Assembly: GCA_964036045.1 (NCBI GenBank)
Contig: OZ038379.1
Coordinates: forward strand, 57,846,001 to 57,910,000
Reading direction: 5' to 3'
Source of the DNA: Eutreptiella sp. 'Long Island Sound 2002'
Lineage: Eukaryota > Protista > Euglenida
DNA length: 64,000 nucleotides
The translations under genes were made by a program, and so were the position numbers. Positions within the stretch are counted from its first letter, which is position 1. Each line of letters starts with the position of its first letter. This document shows, in pieces, positions 35,001-47,479 of this stretch. The notes under the pieces are model-generated. The model ran no database searches. It saw nothing but the letters and a program-made list of their open reading frames with translations, and was not told the DNA's origin.

Positions 35001-38000
35001 GTAATTAACATGACCAGGGGGGCGGATGTCGATGGCACCCATTGCCAGTATGCCACCGTCGGCTTCTCGGACAGCCAAATTATGGTGGGTGCCTCTACCA
35101 TTGTGCCCTACAGATGGTCCACAAGCACATGCGGCTGGTTGTCCCATAGCCACGCCTGCAGAGGCGCATTCACCACCACGTGCACACCCAGAAAGCCCCA
35201 CCAAGAGCCGGTGCAGCCTGGTCTTGCCGCGGTGGGCGCTCTTACGAGGGGCAGCAGGATGGAATTGTGGCGGGCAAGCCACGCGACGAGGAAGGGGATA
35301 GCTTTGCGGGTCGGCGCCTTTTTTTCAAGGGCCCGCTCCTCGGCGCCCGGGTGATGTGCATTGCACAGATCCCCCAAATAGTGGTATCCAAGGGCCTACA
35401 CTATTTCTTCACATGTCTTAACCCTCTTAAATTTTGCGCATCATAGGCTTGCCATATGGCGTGGCGGTTTTGCCTGCCGCATCGGAGAGCCCTCTGGTAT
35501 ACACATGTGAACTCTGGGTCTTTGCCATGTGCCCCGCTTTGCGGGGATCCACTGTATCATATCCTGGAGACGCCCATTTTTCCAAGCACAATCTTGAATA
35601 ACCTTTTGAACTTCTGGAGTCAGTCAAAAAAAAAAGAAAAGTATCCCAGGGCCTACACCGTTTCGTAGATGGTGAAGGGGACGACCACCCGCGTGATTTT
35701 CCCGTATTTGGTGTTCTACGCCTTCACGTAGGGGGCGGGGGATGCCATCGCCTGTGCTCTCGGCCCGCCAGGGCCTCGCTCAATAACGGAGCGGGTCCCC
35801 GAGCACTGGCCCGGTTTCCACATCGACAGCGATACCTCATCCACCACCCGCTACAACGTGCGGATGAGGTGGGGGACACACGGATGGTTGGTGTAATGCT
35901 TCGGGGTAAGTACGGGCAACCTCCCCTAAGCCCTTGGTGAGTTTGGAGGTTGTAGGCTTGGGATGCAACAAACTCCTCCTTCGCTCAACGATCCTGCAGC
36001 CATACTCCCTAGGCCCCGAGACGGCATCCGTGTTCATGACGGCAGGTACCCGTCACGTCTTGTACCCCCTCAGCATCAAGGCTTCGTTGGCCGCGTGCAC
36101 GTGGGCCGCAGGGCGGTAGACATCGGCCATGGGCGGTAGATTGCTCGGGAGCTTCGGCATGAGCACCATCGTAGCCGCCTCGTGGGAGAGCCGCTGGGGG
36201 CGCAGCAGCTGCCAAATGGCTGTTCGCACCGGCGGCAAATGACGGGGGGCCGTGGGTGTGCCCTCGTGGTAGATGTCGGCCCCATTCTAGCTAAGGACCG
36301 CAGAGGGCGGGCTCCCGGGAGTATCCGCCGGACCCTCCTCTTGTTCATCTGGGCTATGCGTCACGCACGGGGCCCTCATGCCCGGTCGTGGCCTCCGGTA
36401 CGGGCAAGCGCATCAGCTGGGGTTGTGAGGCAGACCCGTGGTGGATCTTGCGGTTAGGGACATTAGCACGCACGATACCCTAGTAGTACGTCCGCCGGTC
36501 TAGCGGGACACCCTGGACACGGCAGGTATCACCAAGTGGCGGGCCGAGCATTGTGTCATACCCCCACCGTGAACCTATGCAATGAAAGTGCTGCACTGCA
36601 AATATATAGTATGCGATATCCATGAATTGCAGGAATAGGAGAGCTGCCGAGGACCATGCAAGGACTCCCTAGATTATACCCGGGCAGGGGGTACCCAAGT
36701 GCTTAGCTAGAGGATCTGGCTCTTAGGGGGCCACAGGCAGGGCATACCATATATCCTCCGTGTGGGTGGCCAAGTGGCTTGCGTTTCCCAGGCGCACACG
36801 GGCTCCCACAATGGTGTGGACGTCTTGGGCGATGACGCCAAAGAATTTGGCGAGGTCGGTGACCGGGATGTCCACCACCCGGCGCTAAGGCCTGGCTAGG
36901 TCTAGCCCCATGTGCACTGTGTGCACCACCTCCTGGGGGGACAGCCCCTGCGTACCTCCAACGAGGCACATGCCCCGAAGGGCCCGCTGGTAGACTGCTG
37001 TTGCCGGGGCATAGAAGGCCGTCGGCTCCAGCTTGGAGATGTGGGTGGAGATTGTCATACTCGGGAGGTTTGCCTCTTGGACCGGCTTGTTAGGGTGCTT
37101 GAGGAGCAGCGTGACCCAAATGCGCTCGCGCACTGTGCAACACGCCGGGGGGCTGCGCATGACCACACACAGTTTGTATTTGTCCGCCTCCATGAGGTGC
37201 CGGTACCAAGTTATGCCTATGCGGACGTCCGCCTCAAGGAAGTGGAGGTCTCGACCCTAGGCCTTGCGTGATTGCACCTTGCATAGGTCGCGAGGGTGGA
37301 TGTAGTCCTTTCTGGACGGGGTGCCCTGTTCACGTAGGAGGTGGAGATAATTTTTGAAATCAGCCCAGCGCACGGGGTCATCCCCAATACAGTACCTGTG
37401 GCCGTGGAACCAGATATGGGTGACGTACACGTATATCGGGGTTTCTTTGGGGTCAAGCAACGCCTTGTTGTCCAAGAGAATCTCCGCAATGTCTCTCGGA
37501 GGCCCCCGGCTGCGCTGATCGACCTCTGGCCATTGTCCCAAGGTGCGCCGAAGGTGCTGGTTCTCCGGGGATCGCTTAAGGATTCGGCGTTTGAGTTCCG
37601 GAATGATCTGCTGGCATTGAGCCTCTCCGAGCGCCAGTAAAAACTCCCCTTGAGGGCGTGCTCCAACGCCACGGAGCTTTCCACCATGCTGGGGGCCGCT
37701 GTAGTGAACCGTCCCACCGAGGGGAGCATACTGCGCGCAGGGAACGGTAATTGTCGGGACCGCAAGGGAGAGGGCCTCTCCATCGGGCACGACCGGATAG
37801 GGTATTGCCGGAAACGGAGGGTGCGGACCCGGCATGTAGCCTTAATTCTAGATAAAGCCTTGCCCCCACACAATGTCGCACACACCACCATACCACCTTG
37901 GCCCGGTGGTCCTTTCCCCGATAGAAATATCCGACTTGGAGGCCTTGTTGCTCCGAACGGGGGCATCCACCCCCAACTCGCCCCGGCCCGGTGGTTGAAG

Positions 38001-38020
38001 TGCTTGCACCGCGCCATCAT
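32050..38020 (-). mobile_element. Decayed non-LTR retrotransposon, family B copy 1
   Basis: RT domain-3-like VTDLAKFF(G)VI at ~36840-36860; 36700-37600 aligns by eye with 41800-42400 and 46050-46300; AATAAAA-containing end at ~32064. Confidence 0.75.
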
Positions 38021-38029
38021 CCTAGCCGG

Positions 38030-39070
38030 CGCCTAGCCCAGGGCAGGTCCGGAGGACCCCCTGTTGTTGGACTACACAGGGCGCACAGTGCTACTCGGCC
38101 GATGGGAAGACAGGGGCTCGCCTCGATGTGTATGTCCGCTCCGGGACCACCACCCGGGCAACCCTACTCCGGGGTAACCTACAAGCCAGCTGTAAATGGC
38201 CGCCCGGTCTGCCTGCCGAAGGAAAATAAACGCGTTTATGCGTTTATTTTTGCGATATTCACCGTTTTGGCCCCGTTTTGGGCCGTTTATTGATGTTTAT
38301 TCTTGTTTTTTTCTTTTTTTTTTTGTGTTGTTCGAAGTTATTTGAAAGGTTTATGTGGTTTTCATTGGCTATTGCCTTTTTTTTTTTTGTTTTTTTGTAT
38401 AATCTAATTTGTCAAAATATTCACTTGTCAGCTGATACGATATGAGGATTCCACATGTGCAGTGCACGTCGCCTTCCGTTTTTGAGGTAGTATGCAAAGG
38501 ATGCACACCCCGGCCACCAGAGCACCCACCACCCGCCAAGCAGGAGAGGCGTCGGTTCCAACTCGCATGGCAAGCCGGCCGCCCATGGTTGCAACATGGC
38601 AATGGGGTGATGAGGATAAGAAGGATGCCATTGCCCTCTTAATGGAGGTGCTCACCCCGTGGGGCAAACGTCACGTGCTGGCGACCCATGCCCCCCAGAT
38701 CAACTTTGGCTTGGAGCCCTACGTCAGGTGATGCGCCAAGATCTAGCGTGAGGTTGCATGCAAGGTTGACCCCTTGTAGGTGTTGGTGGTGGCAAACACC
38801 AACTCGGCGGCTCGGGCAGTTCACAAGGGGACCCCGCTCCCTGACGACGCGCGATGGGAGGTTCCTGAGGGTCTTCAACCTTAGGGACCTAGTGAACATG
38901 CACCCAGTCTCCACTGGGACATATTTGTGTTTCCACGGGACTGCACACTCGCGCATTGACACGGTTGCCTGCCATAGCGATGCGACCATCGCAATCGCGT
39001 CCTACCACAAGTGGTCCTATCCAACCAGCACGCCCCCCTTCTCTTCACCATCCCGCACCTCGTGGGCCGG
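38030..39070 (+). mobile_element. Family-B AP endonuclease fragment, opposite orientation, interrupted by a T-rich insert (~38170-38490)
   Basis: DVYVRSGTTTRATLL, VLVVANTNSA, HSRIDTVACH and NQHAPLLF match the APE fragments at 46750-46900 and 47480-48100 on the minus strand. Confidence 0.7.
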
Positions 39071-39079
39071 GTGAGGATT

Positions 39080-42000
39080 GTCGGGCGGCGCGCTGCCGTA
39101 CGCACGGCTTGCGCTAGTAATCATTGCCGTTGGTACCTTCCGCGGGCATTCCGCCACACGTACACCACGGCATATCCGGCAAGAGGTGGCCGTCCCCCGG
39201 TGTGAGGGCCTGCTCACAGCCCTTGTAAGGAAGATCATCCTGGGAGTTAGTGTCCGGCTTTTGGACCCGGGCAGACTCCTGGGCAACGCGCAAGTCACGC
39301 CCAACGAGGCCAAAGTCCGAGGTTACGGAGGGGGTTTCCGCTGGCCGCTCACCGGTGAGCTTGGGGACTATCTGGTGCGCAATGCTCTGGTGTGGTATAA
39401 TGTGCTGAAGGCGGTGTTACTAAAGGGCAAACGCCCGCACGTCCACCCTTGGGCATAGGTATACACCAGGGTTGTGTGTATCATTGCCGCGCTGTGTGCC
39501 AAGGTGTTTTATGTGGGAGAAAGCGTGAAAAGGCAGACCCAGAGGTTCCCTACCAAGAAGCGACTTTGGATTGGTACACTCCAAGCCCACACTGGGTGAC
39601 CCGTGCCATAGCTATACCCATGGGCGTCGCCCCAGCATCTACTGCAACGACAATGCAAGGGATCGCTGCCAACACCAACAAGTCATGGAACCAGTTGGTT
39701 CGCTTGCAGCGGCCACGACTCGGGGCCATCACGAGCGAGGCCAAGCGGCGTAAGTAGCGCATGATTCCCGTCTTATTCCCGGAATTGCCTCTTAACGGCC
39801 GGGTTGAGGGCAGCCTCCACTGTGTGCTGTGAGCAGTGTAGGGACTCTTTGCACGGGTGCCATGGGCACTAGTGTGCCACACACATAGCGCGATACTTAA
39901 ACTTGGCCATTGCAGCTGGCACTATGGCCATCTATGGCCACGGCGGCACCGAACTAGTCACTGCAACTAGGGAGGCGGGCGATGTTTGAACCCACTGTTA
40001 GTAAGGTGCTGCCGGTGGCCCAGATAGCCAAACAATTGTTTGTGCAAGTGTCCCCCTGCCATAGATGGCATAGGGATGACATATGACATAGGGACACGTG
40101 TCGGCGTCCTTCCCACAGCTGGGTGTGTAGCAGCGCAATTACCTGCGCCAATACTCCCAGCACGGCAACCACAAGGTGATGCAATTGGGTGTCGCTAGGC
40201 ATCATGTCGGGGGGCCGGCACGATAGTTGGAGTTCCGGCGCCCAGTGCTCACCCTCCATGGTTGCCTTCATGGCGGTAGAGCCCTTCACGGCATAACATG
40301 TGTGGTATGCGGTCTCCTCCCTAGTGGTTCATGCTGCCGCCCGGCGACAACCGCCTGTGTTCACTACGTAGGCACAGCGCTCGGAATCTAGTACTTGGGA
40401 GTGGCTTGCCACAATCACCCTTCCCTGACCCACCTGAAAGAGGCACATGAAGGATGGTTTGGACCTGCAACCTAACAAGCCTCGTGGTATTATACGGGTC
40501 TTAGACTTTAAAATAATTGACTATTTCCAAACCGTCCTATCAAGCAAGCAAGCGCTAAGGACTCCGACCGTTCTCTTAAAGAACGTAAGGCGGAGCGCTA
40601 GGTAACCTAAACGAGCTAGTCTTGAATGCCCGGGATTCCTTTGCTGATTGCTGCCCTTTCCTTGTGGCCTCTCTCGGCGATGATTTGGTGATCCAGGGTG
40701 TATAGATCGAACAGATGGTGGTACCCCGAAGCAATTATCGTCTCATAGATCTTGGGGGGCATGACCACCTGCATTGCGGCGCCATACCGGCAGGGGTACG
40801 CTTCTACCTGGGGGGCGGGGGCCGCTGGCGACCCCTTGCAAGCCGCTCAGGCCCCGCACCAACATCGGGGTGATACGTGAGCAGTGGCCTGGCATCTATA
40901 TTGGTAGGGAACCCTCGTCCGACATGCGTTGCGAGGTATCGATGAGGTCGGGGCATCGCATATGGTGGGTTTAGTGCCCCGTGCTAAGCGCAGCCGGCCA
41001 GCCTCCCCGAAGTCCCTGGTGAGTTTGCAGAGTGTCGGTCTGGGACTTGGGGAACGCTTCTCTTGCGTAGGCACCCTGGCGGACCCAAGTTGCCACCAGT
41101 GGGAGGGCTTGGCCAGGCCCTGGTAGCCGTGCCCCCAAGGTCCCCATACGGCGTCAATGTCCGCATGGCGGGTGTCGGCCGTCATGTGCTTGTATCCCCG
41201 AACCATGAGGGCATCATTGGGCCCGGGCACTGACACCGCAGGGCAACACACATGGGCTAGGGGGAGCAGCTTGCTGCGAAGCTTCCCCATGAGCACCATC
41301 ATGGCCGCATCGCGGGATAGCCTTGGGGTCGTAGTTGCCGCCAAACGGTCCCCCGTACGTCGGGTAGGTTACGTGGGGGCGTGGGAGTGCCTTAAAGGTC
41401 GGTGTGGGTCCCCATGTACCTGAGGACCTCGAAGTCCGGGAGCTTCGGGGCTACGGCCGGCGCGTGCTGCTGTTCGTCCGAGTTGTCCGTCACCCGCGTG
41501 CGGCCCACATGCTTGGCCACAACCTCCGGCGTGGCTGAGCGTAGCGGTTGAGGGAACGTCATACACCCATGGAGGAACAGGGACATCCACAGCCAGGATA
41601 CGCTAGTAGTGGTCTAGCAAAACTCCTTGGATGGGGCGGGTATCACTGCGCTCTAGGATGACTATAGTGTCATCCACCCACATGAGCCGCGGGAAGAGAA
41701 AGGGCATTACCGCGAAAGATCGGCAGGCGATGTCCATCAATCTCATGAAGGGGAGTGCTGCTGTGGCGCTTCCATGGACCCCATGGATCGTCTCCTTGGG
41801 GTACCCAGGAGTTGCGCCTGGGAATCCAATTGCCAATGGCCCACAATTAGGGTATATGAGAAGCCTTCTCTATGGGTGGCCAAGAGGTCTTCGTCAGCCA
41901 AGCCCTCACGTGGTCCCACAATCTGGTGGACATGTTGGGCGATGACGGGAAAAATTTTTGCTCGGGCGGTTACCAAGATATTCACTACTCCACACCAGAG

Positions 42001-42410
42001 GGTAGCCACGTCTAGCTTCATGTACACAATTTGCACAGCCTCCTTCAAGGACACACCCCTCATGCCCCCAACGAGGCACAGGCCCCGAAGGGCCCGCTCG
42101 TATATCGCTCTTGCCAAGGCATAGAAGGTCGTAGGCGCTGGCTTGGAGATGTGGGCGGGGATCATGATACCCTGGAGGTTTGCAGCCTAGATAGGCCGGT
42201 CCGGATGCTTGAGGAGCCGCATGACCTGGCCGCACCTGCCCACTACAAGACATACTAGGGGGCAGTGCGTGACACCACACGAGGTGTTTTGGTGGGCCTC
42301 CGTTAGGTGTGCGGTACCAAGTGAGGGCAATGCAGACTTCCGCTTGAGGTAGGCGCAGTTCAGTTCCCTTGGCCTTGTGTGACTGCACCTCGCACACGTG
42401 TGGACGCACT
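39080..42410 (-). mobile_element. Family B copy 2: RT and RNase H part
   Basis: RT catalytic motif LMWVDDTIVIL (WVDD at 41669-41680); NILVTARAKIF domain-3 remnant; RNase H-like IVVAVDAGATPMGIAMA (~39640) and TLVYT(Y)AQ (~39460). Confidence 0.8.
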
Positions 42411-45400
42411 CATTATTGCTGTTTGGTACGGAGTACCTTGTGTCATTGGAGTAACTCTTTTCTCGGCAGCTGTGACTAATCTAACGTCTTTGGCTCGGTC
42501 ATTCGTCTGCAGCTGCTGCGGATTAGCTCTATTCAAACTTGTATGCAAGCGTTCATTCAACAGCATCTTTGGAAGCCGCCCAGACAGTGTCTTGTGGTGC
42601 CAGCACTCCCAAGGTGCTACCTGGAGCGCGTTCAACTTGCCCATGTTTTTCTCTCTTTCATGAAGGGCTACTGATTTTGGTCCGAGCACACGGAAATGGT
42701 GATCTCAGTGATACACGGTTGCTTTCACTGCCGTTCTTGGTTTTTCACATTGTGCTGGAACTTGTCCGTGTTTGATCGGATAGCACAAGGCGGCCCTGCC
42801 TCTCGTTCCCGACAATGGGTATCCAAACAGCTACTAAAAAGGCCCCCTAGTGTGGGTTCCTAGTGGGGACAAAGCCTAGGACGAGTAATTGGGCCGGGAT
42901 CCGGTGCGAGTAACATGTCCGAATTGCATAATTGTTAGTCCCATCGCCTTCGTGGTGCCCTGAGGCCGAATGAGTGCCACATCACAATACAGCCAGCAAT
43001 ACCCGCCATCCGGAGAACCGATGCTACACCCTAAACTTGAAAAACTAATTTGCGACTTGGAGGCTTCCCCGCGGCTGACTTTCACGAGCAAAGCCAGCAA
43101 TTCCTTTCCAAGCCATTAGCATGCGGAGCCTAAATGACATCTATGACGGCCCCTGAAACGCAGAGCTCCATGGGCCTCGCCAAGCTCATCTTGCCATTTG
43201 AAAAATTTGTGGTAGCCGGTGGCCCAGGCTTTGAAAACGAAGTGGGGCGCACCGTGTGGTTTGTTACCACGGCGATGCTGGAGTTTGAAAAAATCTATTT
43301 AGTTCATTTCCGAGTATCAAATGCCGCGCCTCTGTTAGACTCGTGTCTCGCCTACCTTGCCCTGTTGCCTGTTAATTGCCACACCCTCCAATGTGGGGAT
43401 CACACGATCAGCCGAGGAAATGGTGACAAGCGTGAAGTGTTTGTGTCTGAGATTACGAAGAGTTCTATGCAAAGCAAGTCCACCCCCATGTATCAGGTGC
43501 TCACCCTGGGAGCCCCGGATTAGGACCCGGGGAAGTTTATGTTGTGTTCTCCAGCATTAGACATGACCATATTTGTCAGTCAAGCACATGTGTCTTGGGT
43601 TGATGAGTTGATGAGATTCCTATCCGTCCCAGGTGATTCGGATCCGGGTCTCATCCCGCGCATTACCCGCCAAAAATCCGTCTCATTGAGCCGGCAACAC
43701 TTTTTGAAAGTATTGGAGACGTTCGGATTGCAGGCATACTTCTGAATAGCCGAGGCTGCGTGAGAATGCTTTCATTGCCCGGATTCTAGACAGTACAAGT
43801 TCGACTTGTACGTTCCGAAAGCGCGCCCAGTCGAAAGGGAGCCGCTTTTTTTGGGTGCCACGTTTTCAGTTGTGATGTCAGTCTCCCGATTTTCGTAGGA
43901 GCCACGTGGCGACCCCCTCCGTTTCGTGTTTTTTTTTTACCTGGGAGCCACAAAGGTACGGTCCGGTTTGTCTGAGCAGGTGTTGCTGGGAAAAGATCCG
44001 CCGGTGAACGACTTGAGGCAAAATTTGGTCTCAGAAAGGTTGATGACAAATTTGGAGCATGAGCGTCCACTGGGTCCGTCAACGAATTGACAGGAGAACC
44101 TGGAGATAAGTCGTGTGTACTCACGGATGTTTGGTTTTGGCGGTCGCTACAACATGTCTAGTCCATTCTTACTTGTGCGTTGTTGCAAGAGGAGTCAATG
44201 AATGTGTCCCTTCATCCTTTGACATGTTTTGTTGCTGCGCTGCGACTCGAAGCTGGAGACTCAACTCTCCAGAAGCACGAACTTGCTAGGAAGCATCATG
44301 GATGGACCTCGCAGTGAGCAGATAGGAGCATTGAGTCTGTCCGAGTATTGCTCCATTAAGGAGAACATTTTGAGGCAAACGGGTAACAGACCATCACCTA
44401 GCAGGTGGTATGTTGAGGCCGCTTTCTCAAGCAAGCCTCCTAGGCTAACCCCCCATCAGTCCAAATGCTCGTCTGTGGAAATCTCTCGCACTCAAAAGCG
44501 GGAAGGCCTGATTCCCTTGGGCACGGCTATTCCACTGCCCCCCCCCCCTTCCATTCTCATTCCTGTGCCCGTCTATCCCTATTTTGTTGGTTGAATGGAA
44601 CAAACGGCTTCCAAAGAGGAAGAGGCAGAATATAGGGCAGAGACCAAATGATTGATGGCTGCCACACATGACTCATCGGGCCCTATTTCCCCTCCTCGAT
44701 AAGGGATGGGCATAGGGCCGTTCCGCTCCATGACCTAGAATTGAGATGGTCTTCTGTGTAAACCCTCGGCTGCCGAGCGTTCTAGGTGTGCTCATGCTCT
44801 CCTAGGAAAATACATGTCACAACACAATGTGTCTTTAGCCACGACCCAAGAACCTGATTTCAACGATATGCCCCCGAAGTGCGGGGTTCCGCTGGTTGAT
44901 TGTGCAGTGTCATCATACCTCTTCAAACGGCTGTGCGCCCGTCAAGAGATCTAGATGGTAGGCCGTCGTCACTTCTTGCAACTGGTTGCCTGGAATGCTC
45001 ATGTTTGACCGCCGAATGTGCCATGTCTCGACAGTGCTTCAGTATTTTTTAATTCCGGTGGAAATGGTTGTTTCTTGCATCTTCAGTTTCTTCATACGAG
45101 CCATAGGACATCTAAGGTTGACAATGGCCCATTGAACAAGTCCGCTCTCTGCACTTGGGGATGTTTGGTCACTGCATCGCTTTTGAGTTCTCAATGCCGA
45201 TGGTGTTGGGTGTTTCTTGCTCCCGCCATCCCTTGCTGCCTGCCATGGGGTACCGATGGTGCGCAGCCGCCTACTTACAAGATTCACAATCTTCATTTGG
45301 AGAATTTCGGATTCACATTTGACTCTGAAAATTTTGGCTCATGGGGGATGAGTAGTCTTTTGTCACGTCATTCAATTCTTGCGAGTCACGGGATAAAGTT

Positions 45401-46040
45401 GGTGCGCAGCGGCCTTTATTACTCATTAGTGAGTCCTCTTTTTGTATTTGTCGCTTGGACAAATTTTTTTTCTGGGATTGAGTCGATGTCATTGGTTCCT
45501 CTCCCTGCGGTTGGAGTATTCTGGTCTCTGCATTGCGCTTGAAATTTTTGGCTCCTGGGGGCTTATGTCACGACCTTCAATCCGTGTGAGTCACAGGATA
45601 ACTATGGTGCACAACCGCCTCTATAATTGAGTTGTGATGCTTGTCTCGAGATTCGGAGCTTAGGCTGAGTTTTCTTGTGGTGACTTATTGTTGTTCTTTG
45701 ACTGCCTGTGGCTCTTTTCATTCCGACTGTAAGTCGTGGCGTGATGCTGGTTCTTCTTTGTGGACTCAGTCTATTGAACATTCTTGTCCCCTTAGCCAAA
45801 GATGTATGTTGTGCCTGCTTGCTTCGGTTGGGGATGTAACTGAAAGAGTCACGTGAGGAGTTTGGCCCTCGGGGATGCAGGTTGCTCTTCGGCAAGGAGG
45901 TTCATTATTAGGAGTGGCAAGTACAATTGGCAGTGAGTATTCCTAAATTGGCTTGTTTGCAGTGTACATACACTTTGGATTGTCTATATGTCCGAAGAAC
46001 ACCAGATGCAACTTTCGGGGTTGTTTTGGGTGGCTGCCAT
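42410..46040. mobile_element. ~3.6 kb unidentified insertion splitting family B copy 2
   Basis: Sequence left of 42410 and right of ~46040 is contiguous in copy 1 (~37290-37320). The insert has disrupted long frames and degenerate internal repeats at 45326-45414 and 45540-45619. Confidence 0.5.
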
Positions 46041-46950
46041 CGCCAACTCTCTCTTTCCCGGCGGGGCGTGTTGGGTCAGGTTGTGGAGGTAGCACTAGAA
46101 ATGACCCCAGCACAGTGGGTCATCCCTAATGCGGTTTGTGTGGCCTTGGAGCCGCACTCGGCTCGCCTACATGGCATACAGGGTCCCCTTGGGGTCGAGG
46201 AGCGCCTTGTTTGCCAAGGGGATTTTCACGACGTCGCGTGGCGGCCCACCGAACCTCGCGCCATTGCTCCGGATGCACCGAAGGTCCCTCGTCTCCTAGG
46301 AGCGCCGGAGGCATTTGCGCGTTACTTCCCGAAGGCTCTAGTAGCGTTGAGCGTCCCCGAGCGCTACTAGGTTGCGCTTGAGGGCGCACCCTGGTGCGCT
46401 TGAGGGTGTGCCCCACGGTAATGGAGCTCCCGGGCAGGCTTTGGGCAGCAGTGGTGAACCGACCCACCAAAGGGAGCATGCTGAGCGCGCGGAAAGGCTC
46501 GTGCGGTGGCTGCGATGGGCGGGCCTACTTCGCTGGGCGCAACCGCACTCGGTAGTAGCGGAAGCCGAGGGTGTTGCCACGACCCGCACCAGCCGCTGAA
46601 CCGCATTCCAGCCAGCAGACCGGTGCACTTTGGGGTTGGATGTCGCGCCCCCGGAGGACCGAGGCTCGAAACTCAGTTGCAACCGCCGGGGAAAGGGCCA
46701 CCGGGCCCTGGTGGTGTTCAAGCGTGGGGGACACCTCGTGGGGCGGGTCTTTTTCAACTAGAAAGTGGGTGGGTGAGAGTGAAGAGGAGGGGGACATGGT
46801 GGTCGAACAGGAGGGTGTTGCCCCAATAGTGGTAGGACGCGACGGCTACCGTCGCCTCCCTATGGCAGGCAACCGTGTTAATGGGGGAGCTTATTTGCGG
46901 CGCGCCGTGCGGCGCGCAATAGGGGTCATTATCTTGGAACAGAGGCAATA
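46040..46950 (-). mobile_element. Family B copy 2: APE C-terminus and linker
   Basis: PINTVACHREATVAVASYHYWGNTLLFDHHVPLLF; homology to 37300-37800. Confidence 0.7.
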
Positions 46951-47479
46951 AAGTGGTACATACACACATGCGTTGTTTCTGTAACATGTACCCTATGCAC
47001 CTTTTTTCACTATTTTCGTTACTATTTGTACCTTTTTGGGCCTCTTCCCCTCACAAATGGTGCACTTGTTGCCCCTCCCCAATATGGAACGGGCCGTTGT
47101 ATGAGCTTTGCGTCGTCCCTGCTTTGGGCACTCCTAAGACGGCAAGGGTTAGGTAGCACGGGTGTGGTTGCCAGCTAGGACCTTGCCCCAAGGGGGGGGG
47201 TGGGGTGACCCCGCCTCTATGCATCCCAAAATGGTTCTAAGGAACATGGGGTTTCATGGGCTTTGGAGGTAATCCGCTGAACTAAGCTAAACGACACCTA
47301 TGGTGGCGTGTAAGGTGCTTTGAGTACAAATCAGGCAAGATGAGGCACTCTACAAATGTCGTTTGTTGCTCATTGAAGATCCCGCCCTCAAATTCAGCCG
47401 TGGCTTCATGTGATATTGCCGTAGTCTCTCCTCTGTAGAGGGCGATGGTGTCAACAGATAAATGTGACAGAACTTTTTT

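Noticed and set aside
39465-39560. GIY-YIG-like peptide VVCIIAALCAKVFYVGES on the plus strand (Penelope-like?)
   Set aside because: Overlaps antisense to the family-B RNase H region, which is homologous to the ~35000 region of copy 1; most likely a shadow frame.
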